A DNA stretch of 64,000 bases from Candidatus Poribacteria bacterium (lineage in GTDB: Bacteria; Poribacteria; WGA-4E; WGA-3G): NCBI GenBank assembly GCA_963663765.2, contig CAXXUA010000006.1:1-64000 (forward strand), written 5' to 3'. Below are positions 11,635 through 21,550 of the stretch, piece after piece. Within the stretch, counting starts at the first letter, position 1. Each line of letters opens with the position of its first letter. Under the pieces are notes generated by a model, which was not told where the DNA came from, searched no databases, and worked only from the letters and a program-made list of their open reading frames with translations. The translations under genes and the position numbers were made by a program.

Positions 11635-12357
11635 AACGAAAAACAAGCGGCAGCCAATAGATTTCACTATAGCGTCTCCTATTGGGAGCATAGTAGAATG
11701 CGTTTTGAGAAACAAACGCATAATGTGCGTACCTTGTAGGTGTGTTGATATTTCAAAATTAGATGCCTGATTGGGTATCAAACTAAAAGGAGAATAATCA
11801 GGTCTTTGAAAAAGTTTTTGAACGAACCCAACGTAGTTGTATCCGTGCTGATACCACTTCTGTTTAGTGCGGGTGTCCTTTTTGCGTTCGGGTTTGGCGG
11901 GTTTGATGTGCAAAACGTCATTAAATTACTTGCAAGCGGATTAACGATACAGTAAAATAATGCTGTTGTGTAACCGATATATATCGGTAGTTTTGATTTC
12001 TCTGTTATAACGTAACCGAAATTCATCCTTATCGTTGAATTTGTTAAGGCACCGTAAACAAGTCAGGTTGAGATATAAATTTGCTTTCCAGTGCCTTAAC
12101 GGTGAAAATTAAACTCGGGAACGTCAATTCAACATTAATGTCCCGATGACTTTTCGGAAGATACCAACCACCGCTTGCACAGCCAAGTAAAAGCGGGGAT
12201 GGATATCAATCCGAACATACAGTCCCACTTGGGATAACATATAAGTTCACCCCTTTTAAAAAAGAACGTCGAGGCAAGCAGATTGTTAGCACAGTCTGCT
12301 TACTTTTCTGTTACTTACATATAATAACGTTTGAATATTCAAATAGGTGTCATTCAT

Positions 12358-12909
12358 CAATACCTTCGCCACTTTTGAGTGCTTCAGTTGAATGAGTATA
12401 TAGTGTTGATTTACTATTGCTCTGTGATATTGTTAGGATTACATAAATAAAAATAACTTCAGGATTTCGTTGAAGTATTTTTATTTATCTTAGCGTCTAA
12501 TTTGACAATAGAAATGACTATATCAGCAATCTGACAGAATAATTTATATGCACAATCTGGCAGAATGTGCTACAACTGACCGCACAATCTGGAAGAATGT
12601 GCTACAACTGACCGCACAATCTGGAAGAATGTGCTACAACTGACCGCACAATCTGGAAGAATGTGCTACAACTGACCGCACAATCTGGAAGAATGTGCTA
12701 CAACTGACCGCACAATCTGGAAGAATGTGCTACAACTGACCGCACAATCTGGAAGAATGTGCTACAACTGACCGCACAATCTGGAAGAATGTGCTACAAC
12801 TGATCACACAATCTGGCAGAATGTGCTACAACTGACCGCACAATCTGGAAGAATGTGCTACAACTGACCGCACAATCTGGAAGAATGTCTATTATTGGCG
12901 AAGGTATTG
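12358..12909. mobile_element. MITE type B with 32-bp array (10 units + partial)
   Basis: TIRs as at 8457; TSD ATTCAT at 12352-12357/12910-12915; array 12550-12888. Confidence 0.9.
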
Positions 12910-13228
12910 ATTCATGTCAACATCTATTTTGAAAAAATAATAAATCACGAAAAAATGAAATGATTTTACCTATAAAGACGATAAAGCCCACTTTAAGATT
13001 TCAAAAAATATGTGCTTTTTTAGAAATTTTACTAATTTAATGCAGAATAAAAAAGGGTAACATAAAGCTTGTTCTAATTTTTGGCAAAATAGCAAGAAAA
13101 CGCAAAATCAGAGAAACCATCAGAAAAGAGACCCAAAACATTCTTTGAGATTCCTTTAGTCATTTACCTACCGATATTTCAACTGCACCGCCAGCAAAGA
13201 GAAAACCACCGAAACAAACTGAATTCCT

Positions 13229-13825
13229 ATGACAGGTCACCGTAAATTGAAATCAATCTGTTTTTTCATTCGTTTATACTTCAAATTCGCAAACCTGATT
13301 ACACTGCCACAAATACAGAAGGAGCACAGTCAACACAACAGGGAAGTAGCAATAGATGGCACTTACAAAGGAGAGATAAAATTGAAATACATTGAACACC
13401 AATTTAATGAACTTGAACCCCTTATGGATAAACATGAGAAAACCTTGGAAGAAAGGAGTTCACAAAAAACTTTTTGTTCTGAACTTCACAGACTTTTGGA
13501 CACAAAATATATTGTTTATCATCTGGAGTTTGTTGAATTCAAAGGATCAACTGAGTAGAAAAGGATGGGAGAAAAAGGGCGAATTTTCTACGCAAACTGG
13601 CGGAAAGAAACTCCTGATAGATATAAGATGGAACTTGAGAACTATGAGAAAAACAGAAGTATAGATGAAAATTTACATAAAGCATTAGACGGACTATATT
13701 GCAGAGAAAAGGTTAGTGCTGGCTACGCATTTATATTGAAGTGTAATCTCATTCTTGACTGGAAAGAACCCATTACTTTGGAAAATGCGAAACAGGCGTA
13801 TAAAGACAGAAAAAAGTATAAATGA
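13229..13825 (+). pseudogene. Hypothetical protein split by an in-frame TAG
   Basis: ORFs 13229-13558 and 13565-13825 are in the same frame, separated by one stop. Confidence 0.45.
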
Positions 13826-13879
13826 AACTAAGGCGATACGCTTTGACGACACGCTTATACATAAAGTTAATAATATTGA

Positions 13880-14434
13880 AAACGGAATAGAAAATGGGAT
13901 AAATTTGCGTACCAGTTTGCACATGAATTTTGTCATGTTCTTTCTGATCATGATAAGCTGAAAAATAATCCTAATAATAGGTTTCATGAAGCAATATGTG
14001 AACTATCATCTTTTTTCGTACATAGACGCATGGCTGAACGATGGCGTTCAGAACCACCATACTCTAATTGGGAAAATTATGCTTGTAATTTTGAAAAGTA
14101 TTACCATAAAACGTTAGATGATTATGGTATTAATTTAACCGACAACGTTAATCTCAATTCTTGGCTCTTGGAACACGAAGATGTTTTACGCGAAGACGAA
14201 TACCAAAGAAAGAAAAACGCTTTAGTAGCATACGAACTTTTGCCTATTTTTGAGGAAACGCCTACTGGATGGAATGCCATTCGCAAATTGCCAACTTCTA
14301 TAGGGGTTCTCAGAGACTATTTGAGTGACTGGTATTCATTAGTAGACGCAGATGATAAACCGTTTGTGTCGCGTATATCAAACGTATTTGGATACTCAAT
14401 AACATCTGAATGTTTTTATGAACTAAATCCATAA
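13880..14434 (+). pseudogene. 5'-truncated zinc metallopeptidase-like protein (HExxH)
   Basis: Open frame upstream of ORF 14030 reads WDKFAYQFAHEFCHVL...FHEAICEL; no start codon before the motif. Confidence 0.65.
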
Positions 14435-14451
14435 ATAGGAGGTAATATACT

Positions 14452-14690
14452 ATGCCGAACGAACCACGAAGACATCATTATGTATCACAATTCTATCTAC
14501 AACAATTCTCAGATTCGAATGAACAAATACAAACCGTTGATGTCATTAACAGAAGGCAGTTTGTGGCGCATTCTCGTAATGTAGCGGTAATGCGAGACTT
14601 TAATCGTATAAATATAGAAGGACATGACAGGAATGAGATTGAAAGGTTTTTATCAAACATTGAAGGAAAAGCTGCAAAGGTTCGAAGTGA
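14452..14690 (+). pseudogene. DUF4238-like protein, truncated at a MITE
   Basis: N-terminal RRHHYVSQFYLQQF motif; GGAGG RBS; ORF runs into the type A MITE at 14691. Confidence 0.75.
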
Positions 14691-14878
14691 TACCAATTCA
14701 AATAAATCTTGTCTCATTAAGGAATTCTACTGTTTACTGGCAGGGGGTTACTCTCTTCGGTAGGAGCGACCCGGGGAATGCCAAAAGGCATTCATACCGT
14801 TGATTTGCCGGTCGCGACCGTGAGGTCGCTCCTACCAGATTTCCGCTGCTAATGGGACATTATCACATGAAAATGGTA
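14691..14878. mobile_element. Type A MITE with a nested GAATGCC-hairpin insert (14772-14807)
   Basis: Same TIRs; about 34 bp longer than other copies because of an insert within the REP arm. Confidence 0.85.
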
Positions 14879-14898
14879 TAAAACATGTTGGAGAATAG

Positions 14899-16872
14899 AT
14901 GAAGAAGTTATTTGTTCTAATAGGGTTAATGTTATTCATAAGTTTTGCTTATGCACAAGAAGATGCCTCTGTGTGGATGCCTGACCCTAATCTACGTCAC
15001 AAAATCAGGATGCAGTTGGCTCTGCCTGATTCCGTGCCACTTACAAAAACAGAAATCAAACGGCTTACAGTATTTAATGGATCGGTTAGCGGTATTCGTG
15101 ATATTACAGGCTTAGAGCATGCGACTTATTTGCAATCACTTCTTTTAGGTGGAAATCATATTCAAGATTTGAAACCTTTTGCTAAGTTAGCATCGCTAAA
15201 ACACCTTGAGATTTTGGATTTCACAAACAACGTTCCAAGACCTACTGATATTACACCCCTCGGTGTGTTAGGACAACTGAAACATCTTGATTTACATGGA
15301 AATCACCAAATTGCTGACATTACACCGCTTGCAACATTGGTAGAATTGAGATATTTGGATTTGCGTTGGAATGGTATCACGGATATTACACCGCTTGGGA
15401 ATTTGACCAAATTAGAAACATTGAAACTTACGAACAATCATATATTAGATTTTTCACCTGTGGAAAATTTACCATTATTAGTAACGTTTGAAAGAGATGA
15501 TTTTTGTGAGATTCCAGGATTACCCGTACAGGATAGATTGGATTCTCGTTCATTTCCATCAATTGTTAGATCATTTACATGGGAAGCACGTCCAGAATAT
15601 AACAGTGCAGTATTAAATCGTCTGGAACTTTCCAGTGAGGAGCAGTTAGCACTCCACGATTTATGGTTTGGTGCAAATACGCATACAACTCCTGGTGGGT
15701 TACATTCACACCGAACAATGCCTAAAGTGCCTGAATTAACAAGGCTATTAGGTAATATGCAACGTGCAAGGACTGAAGTTGAAAAAATACGAGCGATTAA
15801 TCCCAATATAATCTTATTACTTGGTATGTGGCATCGTTCTGTGGGAGATGGAGATTTCCCAGAAGATTCACCACTTTGGCTTCGAGATGAAAATGGAGAT
15901 CGAGTTTCAGATGGTAGCGCGACTGCTTATTTCATAGATTTTACGAAAGATGAAACTATTGATTGGATAGTTGGTCAATCAATAGCTGTATCTCGGTGTG
16001 GACTTTTTGACGGTATTATTTTCGATTATTGGACGGATTATGACCCTGTACTTGTAGATAAAAAAAGTGATCCTAATAAGCGAATCGTCTTACGTGGAAA
16101 TGAAGCGGAACAAAATGCACGCGATGAGATCCTTAAACGTATTCGTGCAGAGGTTGACGAAGATTTTATTATTATCGGTAATGGTAACCGGAAAGCAAAT
16201 AAACGCACTGCATGGGCATGTAACGGCACATCAATGGAATGTGGTAAGGATTATCCTGGTGGTATGACGCATGTGGGTCTAATTGAAATTGAAACAACCC
16301 TACTATGGGTATCGGAAAATATGCGAGAACCTCGTGTGAATCTTGTTCATTTTGGTCATGGTGTTCCTGGTGAACCTTATGATGGACCGCTTAACAGCAA
16401 AATGATGCGCACTGGAACGACGTTGACGTTCACCCATTCCGATGGGTTTTTCAATATGCAGTATGGTGGTAGTAATGGAATACACTGGCACGATTTCTGG
16501 GAGGCGGATCTCGGTAGACCTATCAGCGGAAAAGCGGAATTATACGATAGTAACATAGAAGGCTTATTTATCCGTGAGTTCACGAACGGTTGGGCAGTCT
16601 ACAACCGTAGTTATGCTAATCGGACACTTCAATTTGATGTTCCTGTCCAAGGCACTCATAGTAAACGTATTGGCACGCAACATGAAGTTCCTGATATAGA
16701 CGGTGAAATTTTTATCAAAGTTGATCTTGATTTGAATGATGATGGAGTTGTGAATATTCTTGACCTTGTGATTGTTGCCAATGCCTTTGGCATGGAATCA
16801 CAACAAGCTGATATCAACGGGGATGGTAATGTTGATATTCTTGACCTTGTTTTAATTGCGAATGGATTGTAA
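14899..16872 (+). CDS. Secreted LRR + putative glycoside hydrolase + dockerin, paralogue 2
   Basis: Same architecture; FDGIIFDYW motif; 3' 273 bp nearly identical to paralogue 1. Confidence 0.8.
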   Translation: MKKLFVLIGLMLFISFAYAQEDASVWMPDPNLRHKIRMQLALPDSVPLTKTEIKRLTVFNGSVSGIRDITGLEHATYLQSLLLGGNHIQDLKPFAKLASLKHLEILDFTNNVPRPTDITPLGVLGQLKHLDLHGNHQIADITPLATLVELRYLDLRWNGITDITPLGNLTKLETLKLTNNHILDFSPVENLPLLVTFERDDFCEIPGLPVQDRLDSRSFPSIVRSFTWEARPEYNSAVLNRLELSSEEQLALHDLWFGANTHTTPGGLHSHRTMPKVPELTRLLGNMQRARTEVEKIRAINPNIILLLGMWHRSVGDGDFPEDSPLWLRDENGDRVSDGSATAYFIDFTKDETIDWIVGQSIAVSRCGLFDGIIFDYWTDYDPVLVDKKSDPNKRIVLRGNEAEQNARDEILKRIRAEVDEDFIIIGNGNRKANKRTAWACNGTSMECGKDYPGGMTHVGLIEIETTLLWVSENMREPRVNLVHFGHGVPGEPYDGPLNSKMMRTGTTLTFTHSDGFFNMQYGGSNGIHWHDFWEADLGRPISGKAELYDSNIEGLFIREFTNGWAVYNRSYANRTLQFDVPVQGTHSKRIGTQHEVPDIDGEIFIKVDLDLNDDGVVNILDLVIVANAFGMESQQADINGDGNVDILDLVLIANGL

Positions 16873-17259
16873 TGATAGCAAATTACTTCAAAATAGGTGG
16901 TGGATATTCGGCAGGTCGTGATTTATTGCCCGCTGATTAGCGTCAACGGAACGTAGGGACTGGATTACTTCTATCGGAATTTGTATCGTTATTCAATAAT
17001 GTTGAATATTTTAATGGGTTTTTTGTTGAACCGGTGCCACTTCAAGTTATTGATCTGATTAGAGATTTGAAACCTCACGACAATGCGACGGTCATCCAAG
17101 CGACGATTGCGAGTGAAATAGGGATACAACAGATGGGAATATCACTTAATCAACGCATGGGAATGTTTACAGAAACAGCTTGGTCGTTCTATGGGAAAGA
17201 CGATGATTATTTGTATGTAGCATGTTTAACATTAAACATGTTATTTTCATCACTTAATG

Positions 17260-17795
17260 CAATACCTTCGCCATTTTTGAGTGTTTCAGTTGAATGAGTA
17301 TATAGTGTTGATCTACCATTGCTTTGTGATATTGTTAGGATTACATAAATAAAAATAACTTCAGGTTTTCGTTGAAGTATTTTTAATTATCATAGTGTCT
17401 AATTTGACAATAGAATCTGACAGAATAATTTATATGCACAATCTGGCAGAATGTGCTACAACTGACCGCACAATCTGGAAGAATGTGCTACAACTGACCG
17501 CACAATCTGGAAGAATGTGCTACAACTGACCGCACAATCTGGAAGAATGTGCTACAACTGACCGCACAATCTGGCAGAATGTGCTACAACTGATCACACA
17601 ATCTGGAAAAATGTGCTACAACTGACCGCACAATCTGGAAGAATGTGCTACAACTGACCGCACAATCTGGCAGAATGTGCTACAACTGACCGCACAATCT
17701 GGAAGAATGTGCTACAACTGACCGCACAATCTGGCAGAATGTGCTACAACTGACCGCACAATCTGGAAGAATGTCTATTATTTGCGAAAGTATAG
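17260..17795. mobile_element. MITE type B with 32-bp array (10 units + partial), degenerate right TIR
   Basis: Left TIR intact; right end ttgcgaaagtatag; no TSD; array 17436-17774. Confidence 0.85.
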
Positions 17796-17824
17796 ATATT
17801 TAAATACGATGAATCAGGTGTTAC

Positions 17825-19900
17825 ATGAAAAAGATATTTGTTCTAATATTCTTATTTTTATACGTAAGTCTTGCATACGCACAAGAAGATGCCTCTGTGT
17901 GGATGCCTGACCCAAACTTACGCCACCAAATCAGGGAGCGATTGAAACTGCCTGAAAACTTTCCTCTCACAAAAATAGAACTCAAAAGGCTCACTCATTT
18001 TGACGATAAGTATGGTAATATACGCGATATTACAGGCTTAGAACATGCAACCTATCTTGAACACCTTGACCTTGAAAGTTGCGAAATACTTGATTTGAAG
18101 CCTTTTGAGAAGTTAAGCACACTTGAACATCTTCGGGTTTTAAAATTGGATAGAAACGATCCAGAATTAACAGATATTACGCCGCTCTCATATCTAACTC
18201 AACTCACATATTTAGATTTAAATGGAAATGATGTATCGGATATAACGTCTCTTGCGAATCTAATTCAGCTACAATATCTTGATTTACGTAACAATCATAT
18301 ATCGGACATAATACCCCTTGCAAATCTAACTCAGCTCACATATTTAGATTTAGGTAGAAATGCTATATCGGATATAACGTCTCTTGCGAATCTAATTCAG
18401 CTACAATATCTTGATTTACGTAACAATCATATATCGGACATAATACCCCTTGCAAATCTAATACAGTTAGAGACATTAATTCTCACAAATAATATCCTTG
18501 TAGACTTTACGGCAGTTGGAAACCTACCACTTAAAACATTTGAACATGACTGGATTTGTGATGTACCCATGAAAGATGTTGCGAGTCGACTTCAAGAAAG
18601 GAATTTTCCTGCACATGTTCACGTGTGGAACATACGACTTGAAGAAGAATACGGATTAGAACATCCCAAAGTAGGATTGTTTTTTGGACCCTATTGGTAT
18701 AAATTAGATAGAATCATCGGAGCAGATATTGTACAATATAAGGAAAGCAGTGAAGAATTCGTTATGTCCCGTTATGAACAATTTAGGATAAAAAATCCTG
18801 AAGTGATTCATCTGATAGGTATGCTATATAGAGAGGCGTGGCACACACAATTTCCAGAAGATTCACCCTACTGGTTGAGAGGTAAAAATGGTGAAAGATT
18901 AAGAAGTGTTCCAGGTGAACCTACTAATTTGTCTTATTACATTGACTTTACGAAGCCTGAGACCATTGATTTTATTGTTCAACAAGCGGTAGCAGTTGCA
19001 AGATGTGGTTTATTTGATGGTATTGTCTTTGATAGGTGGACAGACTACCATGCAATTCTAAAAGATAGATCAGAGGACGGTCGTCCCCCAGTACACGGTG
19101 TGGAAGTAGAACAAAATGCGCGTGACGAAATCTTACGACGTATCCGTGCAGAGGTGCCCGAAGATTTTATTATTATCGGAAATGGAAATCGTGGAAAAAA
19201 CATGCGCACCGCGTGGGCATGTAATGGTTCCACAATGGAACTTGGACTTGATTATCCTGGCGGATACACCCATGCCGGTCTTTCCGAGATAGATGACGCA
19301 TTGTTTTGGATATCAGAAAACATGCGGGAACCGCGCGTGAATGCTGTACATTTTAATGCTATAGAAGATCAACCGTATGATAGTCCAGACAATTTGCAAA
19401 TGATGCGTTGTTGCACAACGCTTATTCTTACTATGTCTAACGCTTTTTTTAGTTTTCGAAAGGAATATAGTAGAGAATATCGTTGGTATGATTTTTGGGA
19501 CACGGATCTCGGTAAACCGATTGGAGAAAAAAGACAACGTTACGAGGATAAAGATGGGTTATTTATCCGCGAATTTACAAATGGGTGGGTCGTTTACAAC
19601 CGTAGTTACGCTTCACAAAAAGTCTTATTCTCAGAACCTGTTGCAAGTGTCACCAGCGGTATCCATGCATGGCAACACGCGATTCCTGATTTAGATGGTG
19701 ACATCTATCTCAAAATAGATGGAGAGGTATCAAACCCCGCAGATCTGAATGGTGATGGAGTTGTCAATATCTTGGATTTAGTGATTGTTGCTAACCGTTT
19801 TAACACAGCGAAACCTGACCTCAATGGTGATGGGGTTGTAAATATCTTGGATTTAGTGATTGTTGCGAAAGGAATACAGTCGGAAGATGCGACAGATTGA
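17825..19900 (+). CDS. Secreted LRR + putative glycoside hydrolase + dockerin, paralogue 3
   Basis: Same architecture; internal 132-bp (two-LRR) duplication; central domain close to paralogue 1. Confidence 0.8.
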   Translation: MKKIFVLIFLFLYVSLAYAQEDASVWMPDPNLRHQIRERLKLPENFPLTKIELKRLTHFDDKYGNIRDITGLEHATYLEHLDLESCEILDLKPFEKLSTLEHLRVLKLDRNDPELTDITPLSYLTQLTYLDLNGNDVSDITSLANLIQLQYLDLRNNHISDIIPLANLTQLTYLDLGRNAISDITSLANLIQLQYLDLRNNHISDIIPLANLIQLETLILTNNILVDFTAVGNLPLKTFEHDWICDVPMKDVASRLQERNFPAHVHVWNIRLEEEYGLEHPKVGLFFGPYWYKLDRIIGADIVQYKESSEEFVMSRYEQFRIKNPEVIHLIGMLYREAWHTQFPEDSPYWLRGKNGERLRSVPGEPTNLSYYIDFTKPETIDFIVQQAVAVARCGLFDGIVFDRWTDYHAILKDRSEDGRPPVHGVEVEQNARDEILRRIRAEVPEDFIIIGNGNRGKNMRTAWACNGSTMELGLDYPGGYTHAGLSEIDDALFWISENMREPRVNAVHFNAIEDQPYDSPDNLQMMRCCTTLILTMSNAFFSFRKEYSREYRWYDFWDTDLGKPIGEKRQRYEDKDGLFIREFTNGWVVYNRSYASQKVLFSEPVASVTSGIHAWQHAIPDLDGDIYLKIDGEVSNPADLNGDGVVNILDLVIVANRFNTAKPDLNGDGVVNILDLVIVAKGIQSEDATD

Positions 19901-20011
19901 TAATATATTGTGTGTAGCAGTGAACGTAGTGGCACACACCTGTTACAAGCCTTTCTCAATAGGCTTATTGGGTATCCCACTGATAACATATAAGGACTTA
20001 GGGTTACAATC

Positions 20012-20497
20012 GTGGAAAAATTGAAAACAGAAGGTGAATATAATCTCCGGCAAACACGGGGTGCCCATCGTGGATTTATCCATGCGCTACCGCCTTTGGA
20101 AGAACTATCTATTCAAGACTACGATAGAAACTCTATGTATCAGGTTGTTACCTATGCAATCATGGGTGAAGATGGTTACAATGTTTTCCTACACAGTGCG
20201 CTTTGGTCAATCCAATCGCTTCTCAAACGCACAGATGCTGTGAAGGGGTGTGTTGCTGTTTATATCCATGCTGAGAAACAGTATCAAGATGAGATTTATC
20301 AACGAACGGATCTGGTGGGTATGCCTCGTGAATGGATAATATTTTTTGAGGAACAGGTATCGATTCCGACAGATGGCAGGAGAATGCTCAAACGTTTAGA
20401 AATTGGATGGCATTCTGAGATCACTCAATATGACAAAGTGCTACTTTTAGATGCCGATTGTTTCTTTGCGGATGACGGAGAGCCTAAAGACTTATGA
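20012..20497 (+). pseudogene. Probable truncated GT-A glycosyltransferase-like protein
   Basis: YDKVLLLDADCFF (DxD) motif just before an abrupt stop next to the MITE array. Confidence 0.45.
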
Positions 20498-20500
20498 GCG

Positions 20501-21213
20501 GGGAACAAATAACACTACCCCATAGGCGTCAACTTAAGGAATTTTACCTCTTGTGGGAGGGGTTTTCAACCCCGATTTTATGTTCATTTCCACTCAAATC
20601 GGGGTTAAAAACCCCTCCCACAAGAGAATATGCCAACACTTTTTTCTTAAGTTGACGCCTATGGGGAACAAATAACACTACCCCATAGGTGTCAATTTAG
20701 GGATCTATTTCAAGGTTTTGTTCAGTTTAGTACAAACAACACCGTCATATTGATTGTACGGGCGGGTCCCTGTCCCTGACCATTGTTTCCTTGTTGTATA
20801 CATGGCGGGGCACAGAGACCCCGCACTACAATGTGTGGCGGGATTTGTCGCTTAAATTGACGCCTATGGGGGAACAAATAACACTACCCATAGGCGTCAA
20901 TTTAAGAAAAAAGAGTTAGTGTTTTTCTTGTGGGAGGGTTTTTCAACCTTGATTTGAGAGGAAAAGCGCATAAATTCGGGGTTGAAAACCCCTCCCACAA
21001 TACGTGAAAATCCTTAAATTGACGCCTATGGGGGAACAAATAACACTACCCATAGGCGTCAATTTAAGAAAAAAGAGTTAGTGTTTTTCTTGTGGGAGGG
21101 TTTTTCAACCTTGATTTGAGAGGAAAAGCGCATAAATTCGGGGTTGAAAACCCCTCCCACAAGAGGTAAAAATCCTTAAATTGACGCCTATGGGGGAACA
21201 AATAACACTACCC
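20501..21213. repeat. Array of five ~20-bp direct repeats separated by four type D MITEs
   Basis: (G)GGGAACAAATAACACTACC(C) x5; inserts 20521-20663, 20684-20868, 20889-21030, 21051-21192, each bounded by CATAGGYGTCAAYTTA TIRs. Confidence 0.9.
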
Positions 21214-21550
21214 ACTCCGCCCACCTTCTTGGGATCATAGTAGCATAGTTTGGGTTCTCGGGCTTTACCCGACCTACAAGAACATTAGTTTGTGTGTCAC
21301 CCTCTTGCGTTCAGGATTGTGTTTAAGTCGTTTTCTATAGACATTCCGCACTGCTGGTGCTTATGTGTAATGTTGTTAAATCGCGTCTGGGAGGTGTTTC
21401 TACAGAGGAGAGTCAAAACCACAAATTGAAATAATGGAAAAACAAAAATACCCTGAAATATTCTTGATCTGGTTTTCGTAGCAAACTGAATATGTTATAA
21501 TGCATGCACTATATTATTTAGTTTGTTCTGTTTGAGGGTCAGGAGTATAT

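Noticed and set aside
11596-12240. Minus-strand ORF fragments
   Set aside because: Possibly a decayed gene (RBS-like site and ATG at 12240), but multiple stops and no recognisable motif.
17034-17297. 87-aa ORF
   Set aside because: No recognisable motif or RBS; its end is supplied by the type B MITE.
8633-17774. 32-bp arrays as CRISPR
   Set aside because: Units are contiguous with no unique spacers, sit inside TIR/TSD elements, and no cas genes are present.
20501-21213. True CRISPR array
   Set aside because: Inserts are 142-185 bp MITEs with TIRs, and the repeat is explained as a target duplication.
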